Of a stretch of DNA of 28,411 nt, positions 1-10,191 are shown one piece after another. This DNA comes from a virus (Duplodnaviria > Caudoviricetes). Each line of letters opens with the position of its first letter. The stretch's first letter is position 1. The DNA lies in the IMG/VR virus record IMGVR_UViG_3300047272_000070, positions 1-28,411 of that record, one strand, 5' to 3'. The translations under genes and the position numbers were made by a program. A model generated the notes under the pieces. It was not told the origin of the DNA, made no database searches, and saw nothing but the letters and a program-made list of their open reading frames with translations.

Positions 1-726
1 GACAAAATCTATAAGTTAAAAGGAGAAGCTGCTCCATTATCTTATACGTTACCATCAAGAAATACAAGAAGATATCCTCTTCTATACTTTGATGAAGAAA
101 ACAATGTAAACAGACCTCTGAGATATGCTATCAACCAGAGGACACCATTTGAAGATGAGCAAGATGGTAATGCCATCGTTGAGCCAGTAATCTTCGAGAA
201 TGGATTTTTAAGTGTACCAAAAAATAACCCAGTTCTACAGCAATTCTTACACTACCATCCACTTAATGGTAGAGCCTTTATTGAGGTTGACAATGAGAAG
301 GATGCTGCTACTGAGGTAGAGAGACTTACATCTGAGGTCGATGCATTGATTGAAGCAAGACAGCTTAGCATTGACCAGCTTGAGGTGGTATCAAGAGTAC
401 TGTTCAACAAGGATCCAAATAGATTTACAACTGCTGAATTGAAGCGTGATGTATTGATTTATGCCAAGAGAGATCCAAGAGGTTTCCTAAACTTGCTTAA
501 TGATCCAATGCTTAAGTTGCAATCAAACGTGCACGTATTCTTCGAGAATAAGTTGTTGACATTCAGAAATGGTAACAAGGAAGTCTGGTTTAATACTGGG
601 TCTAATAAGAGAAAGATGTTAACTGTTCCTTTCGGTGAAGACCCATACTTCTGTGTTGCTGAATATTTAAAGACAGATGAAGGAATTACTATTTTGAAAA
701 TGTTAGAAAATAATTTAGATTTGTAA
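1..726 (+). CDS. Conserved phage protein, 5'-truncated by the window edge (resembles the gene following the major capsid gene in crAss-like phages)
   Basis: The frame is open from base 1 (DKIYKLKGEAAPLSYTLPSRNTRRYPLLYFDEE...LRYAINQRTPFEDEQ...IFENGFLSVPKNNPVLQQFLHYHP...), so the track's start at 346 is internal. Family call is from recall and position. Confidence 0.75.
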   Translation, partial: DKIYKLKGEAAPLSYTLPSRNTRRYPLLYFDEENNVNRPLRYAINQRTPFEDEQDGNAIVEPVIFENGFLSVPKNNPVLQQFLHYHPLNGRAFIEVDNEKDAATEVERLTSEVDALIEARQLSIDQLEVVSRVLFNKDPNRFTTAELKRDVLIYAKRDPRGFLNLLNDPMLKLQSNVHVFFENKLLTFRNGNKEVWFNTGSNKRKMLTVPFGEDPYFCVAEYLKTDEGITILKMLENNLDL

Positions 727-758
727 TGTTAATTTTTCATAGATAGATGATCAAAAAT

Positions 759-787
759 GGGGGTGTAATAACACCCTCTTTTTTTTT
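759..787 (+). terminator. Rho-independent terminator
   Basis: GGGGGTGT-AATA-ACACCCTC stem followed by T9, 33 nt after the stop at 726. Confidence 0.85.
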
Positions 788-790
788 GTT

Positions 791-798
791 TATATTTG
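791..798 (+). promoter_or_regulatory. Bacteroidota sigma-A -7 promoter box (TAnnTTTG)
   Basis: TATATTTG directly after the terminator and 13 nt before the ATG at 812. No clear -33 TTTG. Confidence 0.55.
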
Positions 799-811
799 TA
801 AAAAGACTAGT

Positions 812-1555
812 ATGATCAACTCAGTTAGAAATACCGTATTGGCAATTCTGAACAAGAATAATTACGGGTACATCTCACCTTCTGACTTCAACCTGTTTGC
901 CAAGCAGGCACAGCTAGAAATATTTGAAGAGTATTTTTCTGGGTACAATGACTTGATTAACAAGGAGAATGCTCGTCAATCTGGTACAGACTATGCTAAT
1001 CAGAAGAAAGCTTTAGAAGAAGCGATTGAACTATTCGCTATTACATCTACGCTCACTCAGTTTGCTTCGGCTTCAAATAGATATTATCTGCCATCATTAA
1101 CAACGACTGGCTTTGATTACTTCATGGTCAATAAGATTCTTGTATATGATGCGTCTGGTGCTACTAGAGTATTCAAGGGTGAGGCTGAGAAGGTTACTCA
1201 TGGTAAGATTACTATGTTGATTAACTCTAACTTAACTGCTCCAACTGAAAACTTCCCAGCCTATACTCAGGAGGGTAGCGTACTTACTGTATACCCATCA
1301 ACTATTAATCAGGCTAACGAGGTGGATGCCAGTTACTTTAGATATCCTAAGGATCCTAAGTGGACATTCACTACTTTGACTAATGGCGAGCCTGTGTTCA
1401 ATCAGGCTCCTGGTTTAGGATACCAAGACTTTGAGGTGCCTATTGAGGATGAGATAAAATTAGTTTCAAAAATTCTTCAGTACGCTGGCATGTCTATTCG
1501 TGAGATTGAGGTAGCCCAGTTCGGTGGTCTTGAAGAACAAAAACAATCTGTATAA
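812..1555 (+). CDS. Virion structural protein, probable tail ring/tubular (head-tail adaptor) protein
   Basis: 247 aa. The N-terminal 'NSVRNTVLAILNKNNYGYISPSDFNLFAKQAQLEIF' and 'YFRYPKDPKW' motifs are typical of crAss-like ring proteins. Lies upstream of the stabilisation protein. Confidence 0.7.
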   Translation: MINSVRNTVLAILNKNNYGYISPSDFNLFAKQAQLEIFEEYFSGYNDLINKENARQSGTDYANQKKALEEAIELFAITSTLTQFASASNRYYLPSLTTTGFDYFMVNKILVYDASGATRVFKGEAEKVTHGKITMLINSNLTAPTENFPAYTQEGSVLTVYPSTINQANEVDASYFRYPKDPKWTFTTLTNGEPVFNQAPGLGYQDFEVPIEDEIKLVSKILQYAGMSIREIEVAQFGGLEEQKQSV

Positions 1556-1557
1556 TC

Positions 1558-2484
1558 ATGGCATACATTACTCAAGAAAAATATTACGAAAATAATGGGG
1601 TGACTCCTAAAGATGCAAACTGGGGGTCATATCAGTATGTTAGTTTACAGGACATTGTCAACAACTTTATGTTGATGTACGCTGGCAACCACTCTTTGAT
1701 AAATAACGAAGAGCGATATAAAATTTTGTTTCATGCTAAGAGAGCAATACAAGAACTAAACTATGATGCGTTTAAGCAAATAAAAGTTCTTGAGCTAACT
1801 GTCGATGATACGCTTAAATACATTCTACCATCAGACTATGTCAACTGGGTTAGAGTAAACCTATACAAGGATGGGTACTTGAGGCCACTTACTGAGAACA
1901 TTCAGGTGCTTTCTGCTAAGGCTTACTTGCAGGACCAAACTGGTAAGATTCTTTTTGATCAGCAGGGCAATGCATTGTCTCCTGAGTATTCAGAGATTGA
2001 TTTGCAGAGACTAGCAGGAACCAAGAAGAGTATTTACTTGAACCCAGACAGCAGATATGATGGTGAAGAAGGATGGGATTTGGGTAATGGTCAGTGGTGC
2101 TTTGAGTATGGATTGGGCCAGAGATATGGTCTTAATACTGAGACTGCTAACTTCAACCCTACGTTTAATGTAGATGCCAAGAGTGGTGTAATTAACTTTA
2201 ACTCAGACATGTATGGTCAGTCAGTAATCCTAGAGTACATATCAGATGGTATGGAGAATGGGGATGACTCACTAATAAGTGTAAATAAATTGTTTGAAAA
2301 GTTTATTTATGCGTACATTATGTACGAAATTCTAAGCACTAAACTTGGTGTCCAAGAATACATTGTTGCTCGTGCAAGAAAGGAGAAAACCTCTCTTATG
2401 AGAAACTCTAAAATCAGATTAAGCAATATCCATCCGGGCAGATTGTTAATGAACCTACGTGGCTTGGACAAGTGGTTGAAATAA
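1558..2484 (+). CDS. Virion structural protein, second ring/tail-tubular-like protein
   Basis: 308 aa; 'FHAKRAIQELNYD', 'LPSDYVNWVRV', 'VILEYISDG'. Tightly coupled between the ring and muzzle genes. Confidence 0.65.
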   Translation: MAYITQEKYYENNGVTPKDANWGSYQYVSLQDIVNNFMLMYAGNHSLINNEERYKILFHAKRAIQELNYDAFKQIKVLELTVDDTLKYILPSDYVNWVRVNLYKDGYLRPLTENIQVLSAKAYLQDQTGKILFDQQGNALSPEYSEIDLQRLAGTKKSIYLNPDSRYDGEEGWDLGNGQWCFEYGLGQRYGLNTETANFNPTFNVDAKSGVINFNSDMYGQSVILEYISDGMENGDDSLISVNKLFEKFIYAYIMYEILSTKLGVQEYIVARARKEKTSLMRNSKIRLSNIHPGRLLMNLRGLDKWLK

Positions 2485-2485
2485 T

Positions 2486-5400
2486 ATGGCGAATTTTACA
2501 AGAAATTTCATAGCTGGCAGAATGAATAAAGTCGTTGATGAACGACTTATTCCTGATGGAGAGTATATAGATGCTCTTAATGTTCGCATGGGTTCTACAG
2601 AAAGATCTGAGATTGGAGTAATTGAAAATACAAAAGGTAATAACAAGCTTACTACAATAAAGTACATTAATGGAACCGCTCTTAGTGCTTCAGCAAAATG
2701 CATAGGAACCATTACTGACAATACAAGCGAGACTATCTATTGGTTTATCCATGACTCTAACTTTGGAGTTGGTGCTACTGGTAAGCTAGACATGATTGTT
2801 TCTTTTAACGTGTACAATAATATACTTACGTACCACGTTATTAGTATCAATGATGGAGGTGGTACAAACACTACGTTGAACTTTGACCCTGAGTATCTCA
2901 TTACTGGGGTAAACATTATAGATGATCTTTTATTTTTTACTGATGATTATAACCCACCTAGGGTTATCAATAGGTTTAAAAATTATCCAGACCCAGTTGC
3001 TAACATAGACCAATTTAGTGCTGAGTCTATTCTTGTTATAAAAAAACCTCCAGTGGAGTCTCCAAGTATTCAGCTTATAAATACTGGAGATGAAGAAAAT
3101 TACCTAGAAGGTAGATACATTTGCTTTGCATATCGATACTGGTATGAGGATGACGAGTACTCTGCTACTTCTCAGTGGTCAGATCCTGCATTCCAGCCAA
3201 AGCCTTTTGACTTCAGTTTAAATAGCTACCTAAATGAGGGTATGAAGAACCAGTTCAATACTGCTATTATAACCTACAATACTGGAGGTCCATTAGTAAA
3301 AGGTATTGATTTGTTGTTCAAAGAGATGGACAATAACACCATCAACGTAATTGAAAAACTAGATAAGTCTGACCTTGGGTTAGTTGACAATACTAACTAT
3401 ACGTTTACGTTTACAAACAGTAAGATATTTACCACATTGGATGAGCGTGAGTTGTTTAGACTTTACGACAACGTACCGTTGCTAGCCAAGGCCCAAACTA
3501 TTATGGGCAATAGGCTTATGTATGGTAACTATGTGGAGGGCTTTGACATGATTGACGATTTTGGTCAGCCAATTCAGTTAGATTATTCCACTTCATTAAT
3601 ATCAGAAGAGGTAGGCAACACAGAAATCATAGACTTCCTTAGCACAGGCACCTATAATTTTGGCTCTCCTCAAACGATCACAGACTCGGTAGTGTACTTA
3701 GACCTTAACGGATTTGAACTCGTTACAGGGGCCTCTATTACTGTCGAGATGTCTCTTGGTCATCAACAGTTTGCAGGTGATACTCCATTCCCTAATCAGA
3801 CCACTGAGGATGTATCTCTCACGTTTTCATTTGTGTTACCTAAGTCTTACAACTCCGTTTATGAGTTGGCAAGTAGTGCAGAGTTTCAGGAGGCCGTAGG
3901 TGTACCTCCGCTATCTCCTGTAGTTGACTCTTGCGATGGGACTACATTCACAGATCAATTCAACTGTGCTCTTCCAACTAACTTAACTAGACCTACACCA
4001 CTTACGCCTTTAACTAAATACCAAAGTGGCATCGGGTCTGCTGGTCAAGGTATTGGTATTATAACCACTCCTGCTAGCCAATTAATTGGGTTGCAGTTGC
4101 TTGCCATGAGATACGTTGACAACACGACTACGCCTACAGTAAGCGTGTACGAGTACTATTCTTATAGTTTCATTGAGGCATTCTATCAGAAGATTAATTC
4201 TCCTAGAAGTTTACATAGCAACAGAGGATATGAGATTGGTATTGTTTACATGGATGACTTTAACAGATCAACAACTGCTTTAGTTAGTTCGAATAATACG
4301 GTTCATGTACCATGCTCAGCATCAGATACTAAGAACTCTATTCAAGTAACTATACCAGTCGCACAACGTGTACCATACTGGGCTACTAGATATAAGTTTG
4401 TTATAAAGCCTGACGAAGAAGGATATGATACCATATTCAGTAATATTTTCTTTAATGACCCACTGACTAATAATGTTTACTTCTTACTTGAAGGAGAGAA
4501 CGCTAGGAAGGTCCAGCAAGGAGATAGACTTATTGTTAAGGCAGATACTAATGGGTCTACCAACAGATGTATCTATACTACTATTCTTGAGAAAGAGGCA
4601 AAACCTGAGGGATTTCTTGAGATCCCTAGCACAGCAGATCCAACGACTAACATATTAGTTCCTTCTGGATTGTACATTAAGATTAATCCAAACAACTTCT
4701 CTGTAGTTAAGAGTCAGGATTCAATTGTTACTCCAGGCACTGTAGATGTTGAGGAAAACAACGGTGGGGATTATCCTATCCTAGAGTATCCAATGAGTGT
4801 GTATAATGAGACTGACGAAATATGGGAGGACATTGACATACCTGCTGGCAGTAGGATAAAGATGAACATTAAGTTCCAGCGTAGAGGTACCGGTAAAGGA
4901 AACCGTAAATGCGGAACTAGAATATATACACTAGAGGAAACTCTTATTGCATCTGCTGATTATGAAAGCATGGATGATTGGTTTAATGGAGACAATGTAC
5001 AAGTAGTTTTAAATGAAGGAGTTAGTGATCTTGGTGCTGGTGAGTGCTCAATTAATAACGTATATATTCCTACTCCGGCAGCGAATAATCAAGACTTAGA
5101 CCCTGAGGTATGTACAAACTTTTACAGGTTCTATAGGTATCCAACTGTTGGAGGAGACCCTAATTCAAACAAGCTTGTTCTATTGATGTCTGGTACAGTT
5201 CGTTGTACTGGTACACTTGCTAAGGAGAAGAGACGTTCTAGTATAACGGCTACGTTTGAGATATTCAAAGCTGATACTACAATTATATTTGAGACTCAGC
5301 CATCTCCTGCTTTGCCTGATATATTCTTTGAGAATGAGTTATCATTCCCTATTGTTAATGGATTCCACACAGGAAATGTGCAGACTCAGACATCTTCACT

Positions 5401-6901
5401 GCCAGCAATTATTGATACAAAATTCTTCAATTGCTTCTGTTATGGTAACGGAGCGGAAAGTTATAAGATACTAGACTCTATTGTTGGTAGGCCACTCGCA
5501 TTAGGTAATAGAGTTACTGCAATTGCTGCTCAAGACTATAAGAGAACGAGACGATTTGCAGATATTACTTACAGTGGTATATACAACTTTGAGTCGAATG
5601 TAAATAAGCTGAATGAGTTTAACCTTGGCTTATCTAACTACAAGTACCTTGAAGTATCATTTGGACCAATCTATATTCTAGATGGTCGTGAGACTGATAT
5701 ACTTGTACTACAGGAGGACAAGATATCTTATGTGCTTTCTAGCAAGAACTTAATATCAGACTCTACTGGAGGAGGTGCTATTGCTTCTGTTCCACAAATA
5801 CTTGGTACACAGATAGCTAGGACTGAAGAGTTTGGTATTAGTTTTCATCCAGAGAGTTATGTGCAGTGGGGGCCTGATAGGTTCTTTACTGACGTTAAGC
5901 GTGGAGCTGTGCTCAATCTAAAGGGAGACCAACTTATTGTAATCTCCGACATGGGAATGAGATCTTGGTTTAGAGATGAGTTCATTCAGTCTTTCAATAC
6001 TCAGAAGCTTGGTGCTTATGACCCGTATCTAAATGAATACGTTCTAACTACTAACTCTCAGCAACTACCTAGGCCACTAGAGTGCTTGTCTTGTGGTATT
6101 GGACAGACGTTCACTATACCAACTGGTAACACACAAACATACTGCGTTGACTTAGGTCAGCCTGTTGGAATGGTTACTATACCATACACTGTGCCTGTTG
6201 GTTCTACAGCTAATTTTACCATATCTGTAACTTATGATGGCACTACTGTAACCTCTGGTCTTGTTTCTGTATCTGGAAGTATACAGTTTGAAAAGAATAA
6301 AAACAATGTAAATGTAGCTACTGTAACTATAGTGGCTAATAATCCTCTTGAAATTACCGTAACTCCTAGCTGTCCTGCTCAAGAGACTTTAACTATTGTT
6401 AGTGTGACATTGACTAGTGTAGTTGATGCAGGGAAAAATATTCATAATCAATACAGATATACTGCTGGTGCTTATGTATCTCCATTGCAATCTACATTTG
6501 TTACTTTTGCTACGGATGATTCAAGCCCTGTGGTATCTCAATATCAGTTAGTAACTGGTGCTCAAGGATTTGGAAGTATACCAACAGATGGGGCTAGCTT
6601 AAGGATGACATCTAATAAGATCGTTCCAGATACATTTGATTTTGTATTAGGGCAGGATAAGTTTAGGTATCTTCGCAGCAACACGTTGTATCCAAACACT
6701 TCAGTAGGAATTGCAAACTTACTTGCAGCCTCCACATTAGTGGCTCCAATAACAGGTTCCGCTGGAGTTTATTCAGGATCATTCATTGTTCCAAACACTG
6801 GACAGTATCTTTATTTAATTTGGGATTACAGAAATTCATTACCACTAGAGCTTTGCTATTCTGCGACAACTACTCAGGATGCATGCTGCGGATGCGATTA
6901 A
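2486..6901 (+). CDS. Tail stabilisation/muzzle protein (P22 gp10-like role), N-terminal part with C-terminal beta-rich extension
   Basis: 1471 aa; N-terminal 'GRMNKVVDERLIPDGEYIDALNVR', 'DDLLFFTDDYNPPRVIN', 'NRLMYGNYVEG', 'EEFGISFHPES', 'FFTDVKRGAVL', 'LGAYDPYLNEYVLT', as seen in crAss-like stabilisation proteins. Confidence 0.75.
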   Translation: MANFTRNFIAGRMNKVVDERLIPDGEYIDALNVRMGSTERSEIGVIENTKGNNKLTTIKYINGTALSASAKCIGTITDNTSETIYWFIHDSNFGVGATGKLDMIVSFNVYNNILTYHVISINDGGGTNTTLNFDPEYLITGVNIIDDLLFFTDDYNPPRVINRFKNYPDPVANIDQFSAESILVIKKPPVESPSIQLINTGDEENYLEGRYICFAYRYWYEDDEYSATSQWSDPAFQPKPFDFSLNSYLNEGMKNQFNTAIITYNTGGPLVKGIDLLFKEMDNNTINVIEKLDKSDLGLVDNTNYTFTFTNSKIFTTLDERELFRLYDNVPLLAKAQTIMGNRLMYGNYVEGFDMIDDFGQPIQLDYSTSLISEEVGNTEIIDFLSTGTYNFGSPQTITDSVVYLDLNGFELVTGASITVEMSLGHQQFAGDTPFPNQTTEDVSLTFSFVLPKSYNSVYELASSAEFQEAVGVPPLSPVVDSCDGTTFTDQFNCALPTNLTRPTPLTPLTKYQSGIGSAGQGIGIITTPASQLIGLQLLAMRYVDNTTTPTVSVYEYYSYSFIEAFYQKINSPRSLHSNRGYEIGIVYMDDFNRSTTALVSSNNTVHVPCSASDTKNSIQVTIPVAQRVPYWATRYKFVIKPDEEGYDTIFSNIFFNDPLTNNVYFLLEGENARKVQQGDRLIVKADTNGSTNRCIYTTILEKEAKPEGFLEIPSTADPTTNILVPSGLYIKINPNNFSVVKSQDSIVTPGTVDVEENNGGDYPILEYPMSVYNETDEIWEDIDIPAGSRIKMNIKFQRRGTGKGNRKCGTRIYTLEETLIASADYESMDDWFNGDNVQVVLNEGVSDLGAGECSINNVYIPTPAANNQDLDPEVCTNFYRFYRYPTVGGDPNSNKLVLLMSGTVRCTGTLAKEKRRSSITATFEIFKADTTIIFETQPSPALPDIFFENELSFPIVNGFHTGNVQTQTSSLPAIIDTKFFNCFCYGNGAESYKILDSIVGRPLALGNRVTAIAAQDYKRTRRFADITYSGIYNFESNVNKLNEFNLGLSNYKYLEVSFGPIYILDGRETDILVLQEDKISYVLSSKNLISDSTGGGAIASVPQILGTQIARTEEFGISFHPESYVQWGPDRFFTDVKRGAVLNLKGDQLIVISDMGMRSWFRDEFIQSFNTQKLGAYDPYLNEYVLTTNSQQLPRPLECLSCGIGQTFTIPTGNTQTYCVDLGQPVGMVTIPYTVPVGSTANFTISVTYDGTTVTSGLVSVSGSIQFEKNKNNVNVATVTIVANNPLEITVTPSCPAQETLTIVSVTLTSVVDAGKNIHNQYRYTAGAYVSPLQSTFVTFATDDSSPVVSQYQLVTGAQGFGSIPTDGASLRMTSNKIVPDTFDFVLGQDKFRYLRSNTLYPNTSVGIANLLAASTLVAPITGSAGVYSGSFIVPNTGQYLYLIWDYRNSLPLELCYSATTTQDACCGCD

Positions 6902-6902
6902 T

Positions 6903-8111
6903 ATGGCAACATCAGGAACATTTTATTTAGACGCACCATCACTTAGTACCGCTACGGTGGTATACTCAAATGCAGCACTGACAACAGTTGCTGCTAATGG
7001 GTATTATTCTGATGGATCAATATCAAGACAGCAAGTAAGTGGAGTATTGTTACCACCTGTCATTTGTCCTTCTTGTGCTATACCTTGTGGAGGAACGATT
7101 AGTGCTAGTGGAAATCAGGGTATATATTATTTGAACACAGACCTAGGCAGTTCTTTAGGGGCTGTGGTAATTAGGTTTAATCCATTGAGTGTACCAGATG
7201 GGATACTAGCGGTATATAACAGTACTATATACAACGGGGTATCTTCTCCATCTTATGGATGGTTACAAGGAACAGCTGGACTACCTACTTATATAGGTGC
7301 CAGTGGATCTGACTGCGGTATAGTTGCTAACTCTCCATATACTCTTAATGAATTTGAGTACAATGGGACTACATTTACTCCTTTGGGTACAACCACTAGC
7401 GTATCAGTATTGTCTGGACAGATGAAGTTAACTGCTGCTTCTCCGGGTAATACTGTTATGGTTATACCAAAGACTGCTGCTTCCCCATCGGTGATGAACC
7501 TTAGTTTTATTGGTCCATGTTCTGGCACTGTGTTCTCAATTAATGTGTCATGTCCAGCTGCTTTACCATCATTTGCTTCTAGTACAGTAAATGCAGGAAG
7601 TGCTACAGCATGTGCTGATGCTATTGACCAAACGTATTATGTTGCTTATGTCAATGGAGCATCTGGAGTTCTTGGCTTGTATGATTTAGTGTTTAGTGAT
7701 GCCAATGGTGAGTTTAAATTAGCCGCAGGATACTATAAGACTACGGCTGCTGGAGCAAACAATTGGTTTCAAGTGGATGCCAATGGTGTTATAGTTGCAT
7801 TTGGTAATTGCACATCTAATACATTCACTGTATACTTTGACTCATCAACTACACCTAACACGTATGGATGGGGTAGCTCATCTGCTGCTTGTGCAGGTAC
7901 TGGTACACCTTTAACAGTGTACATTACTGGGACAGAACCATCACTATATGATGTGTTTCTTGCAGGTAAGGTTCTATACACAAACGTAGGTCTTACTACA
8001 CCATTGAATGGTAACAATACACACTATAAGACTGTATCTGCTCCTGCTTCAGGACAGACATTATTAATTTCTGGAAGTGGTGTAATTTCAACTTTTGGAG
8101 GATCTTGTTAA
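6903..8111 (+). CDS. Cys/Gly/Ser/Thr-rich tail decoration protein with three internal repeat modules
   Basis: The ATG at 6903 sits just after the upstream stop and is preferred over the track's 6879. Beta-strand-rich, with a repeated V[YF][ST][ND]...[GH]Y...GV[IL]...C module. Confidence 0.65.
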   Translation: MATSGTFYLDAPSLSTATVVYSNAALTTVAANGYYSDGSISRQQVSGVLLPPVICPSCAIPCGGTISASGNQGIYYLNTDLGSSLGAVVIRFNPLSVPDGILAVYNSTIYNGVSSPSYGWLQGTAGLPTYIGASGSDCGIVANSPYTLNEFEYNGTTFTPLGTTTSVSVLSGQMKLTAASPGNTVMVIPKTAASPSVMNLSFIGPCSGTVFSINVSCPAALPSFASSTVNAGSATACADAIDQTYYVAYVNGASGVLGLYDLVFSDANGEFKLAAGYYKTTAAGANNWFQVDANGVIVAFGNCTSNTFTVYFDSSTTPNTYGWGSSSAACAGTGTPLTVYITGTEPSLYDVFLAGKVLYTNVGLTTPLNGNNTHYKTVSAPASGQTLLISGSGVISTFGGSC

Positions 8112-8114
8112 ACT

Positions 8115-8921
8115 ATGGCAAACTACACATTATCATATAGCGAATCATCACAGGGGTGGCCATCGTTCTACTCCTTCAATCCAGACTACATGATTGGGAT
8201 GAACAACTACTTCTATACCTTTAAGGGTGGAAACTTGTATCGTCACAATGTGAATGAGACCAGAAATAATTTCTACGGAGTTCAGTACAACTCAAAAATT
8301 ACAAGTGTCTTTAACATGTCAGCCCTTGAGAACAAAATATTTAAGACTCTTAACTTAGAGGGAAACAGTGGATGGGCTACGTTAATGGAGACTGATATAC
8401 AAACTTCTGGATTCATTGAGGCTGCTTGGTATGAGAAGAAGGAAGGATCTTACTTTGCTTTCGTTAGAAATGCAGGGACCATCCCGGCTAATCCATCTGA
8501 GTATGCTCTTAGATCAGTCAATGGTATTGGCTTAAGTCAGAACGTAACAGGATCTGCATCAGCATTGAACGTATCGTTTCCTATTAGTCCAAACCTAACT
8601 GAGATTGGAAGCATTGTAAGTGTTGGAGACTACTTGTACTACAGCTTGCCACCTAGTTACAGTACGCCAATATTGTGTGGTCAGATTACTAGCATTGTAG
8701 TTGATTATCCAGCAGGCAATAACAGAATTGTAGTTAATGCGTCAATAGCTGGAGGTGGTATCCCACCTATAACTACCCCATTCTTTATGTATATTAAGGG
8801 ATCGGTAGCGGAGTCGCATGGAGTTCTTGGACACTATTGTATATTTACATTAGAGAACAATAGTACTACTAAGGTAGAGCTATTTGCAGTGGAGTCTGAA
8901 GTAATGAAAAGTTATCCTTAA
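8115..8921 (+). CDS. Structural protein resembling the C-terminal part of the muzzle/stabilisation protein
   Basis: 268 aa; 'TLSYSESSQGWPSFYSFNPD', 'NNFYGVQY', 'KIFKTLNLEG', 'KKEGSYFA', 'VELFAVESE'. Confidence 0.65.
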   Translation: MANYTLSYSESSQGWPSFYSFNPDYMIGMNNYFYTFKGGNLYRHNVNETRNNFYGVQYNSKITSVFNMSALENKIFKTLNLEGNSGWATLMETDIQTSGFIEAAWYEKKEGSYFAFVRNAGTIPANPSEYALRSVNGIGLSQNVTGSASALNVSFPISPNLTEIGSIVSVGDYLYYSLPPSYSTPILCGQITSIVVDYPAGNNRIVVNASIAGGGIPPITTPFFMYIKGSVAESHGVLGHYCIFTLENNSTTKVELFAVESEVMKSYP

Positions 8922-8926
8922 ATTTG
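8919..8926 (+). promoter_or_regulatory. Possible Bacteroidota -7 promoter box
   Basis: TAAATTTG overlaps the upstream stop codon, 5 nt before the ATG at 8932. Confidence 0.4.
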
Positions 8927-8931
8927 CATAT

Positions 8932-9342
8932 ATGGCAATATCAATTAGACCAATTACAGCAAGTGATTACGATAATATCCTATTGAAATGGTGGAATGAC
9001 TGGGAGTGGGTGGCACCTCATAAAGATTTCTTACCGGCAGATGGAGAAGGTGGACTAATTGTTTTTGATGGTGACGAACCAGTATGTGCTGGTTACATGT
9101 ACACCACGAACTCAAAGGTTGCATGGGTTGACTGGATAATATCTAGTAAGACCTACAGAAAGAAACCAACAAGAAAGGAGTGTATAGATTTATTGATCTA
9201 CACGCTTACTAGTATTTGCAAAAGCACTGACCATAAGTACGTCTATGCTTTGATAAAGAACAGAAACCTTATAGGTACATACCAAAAATTTGGGTACATA
9301 CAAGGAGATTCATACACAGGTGAAATGATAAAAGTATTATAA
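8932..9342 (+). CDS. GNAT-fold acetyltransferase-like protein
   Basis: 136 aa; 'ISIRPITASDY' start, central beta strands and a 'LIGTYQKFGY' GNAT motif-B-like end. Its position before the ejection proteins is typical of podoviruses. Confidence 0.6.
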   Translation: MAISIRPITASDYDNILLKWWNDWEWVAPHKDFLPADGEGGLIVFDGDEPVCAGYMYTTNSKVAWVDWIISSKTYRKKPTRKECIDLLIYTLTSICKSTDHKYVYALIKNRNLIGTYQKFGYIQGDSYTGEMIKVL

Positions 9343-9343
9343 C

Positions 9344-10189
9344 ATGGCCCCATTTACTACAATCGCAGCAGGAGTCGGACTAGCTACCTCTTTAGGTACA
9401 GCAGGTGCATCTTTTGGCAATGCAAGAAAAATGATGAGAGAGAATAAGAAGGCTAACGAAGCAGCCGCCAGATCTCTTGCTGAAGCAAAAAAGAAAATGA
9501 ATGTCAACTATTATGAACAACTTGGTATACAGACCGGTGTTTATGAGACAGCTGCTAGACAAGCAAAAAGCACAGCTGCTGATTTGATTAGGGCAGCACA
9601 GCAGGGTGAAGGCCGTGGCGTAGGAGCTGCTGCTGGACAAATATATGCTGCTGGATTAGAAGGACAAGAGAATGTAAGGGCTAGCATGGCTGAGGATCTT
9701 ATGGGTCTAGATAAACTAGTTGCTGCTGAGGATTCTAGAATTGCCGGTGCATTAGCAGGTCTTGATTTGCAAGCGGCTGAAGGTGCACAACTTGCTGCTC
9801 GTGATGCTCAAAGAGCTGCGGCATCTGCAACAACAGAAGGAATGCAGTCACTACAAAGTGGTGCTCAACAACTTTATGAAGCAGCTCCATTGTTTGATAA
9901 GTCTCAAGGTATGAGACAGTTTGAAAAACTCAAGGGGTTAGCAGCAAAGGAAGGACTTAGTCAGGAGCAACTTCAAAATAGATTGGTAGAATTTGGAAAA
10001 CTTAACCCACAGTTTGGACAATTGTCTGGGGTTGGATACACCGCTACAGGATTAGATGCTCAAGGCAAACCTATTCAAGGACTAATGACTCCTTTTGCAT
10101 TTCAAGATTACTATGCTACTCAGGGCAAGAAGTTTGGTAAGTCATTGCTTGATCCGTTTAGTTTATTTTTACAGAATTATCCTAAATAA
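9344..10189 (+). CDS. Probable internal virion/ejection protein
   Basis: 281 aa; hydrophobic Gly/Ala N-terminus followed by Ala/Gln-rich coiled coil. Confidence 0.6.
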   Translation: MAPFTTIAAGVGLATSLGTAGASFGNARKMMRENKKANEAAARSLAEAKKKMNVNYYEQLGIQTGVYETAARQAKSTAADLIRAAQQGEGRGVGAAAGQIYAAGLEGQENVRASMAEDLMGLDKLVAAEDSRIAGALAGLDLQAAEGAQLAARDAQRAAASATTEGMQSLQSGAQQLYEAAPLFDKSQGMRQFEKLKGLAAKEGLSQEQLQNRLVEFGKLNPQFGQLSGVGYTATGLDAQGKPIQGLMTPFAFQDYYATQGKKFGKSLLDPFSLFLQNYPK

Positions 10190-10191
10190 TA

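Noticed and set aside
3038-3095. In-frame A AAA AAA in the muzzle gene with a downstream stem
   Set aside because: The strong stem starts too far from the heptamer, the -1 peptide is unremarkable and the site is not at a domain boundary.
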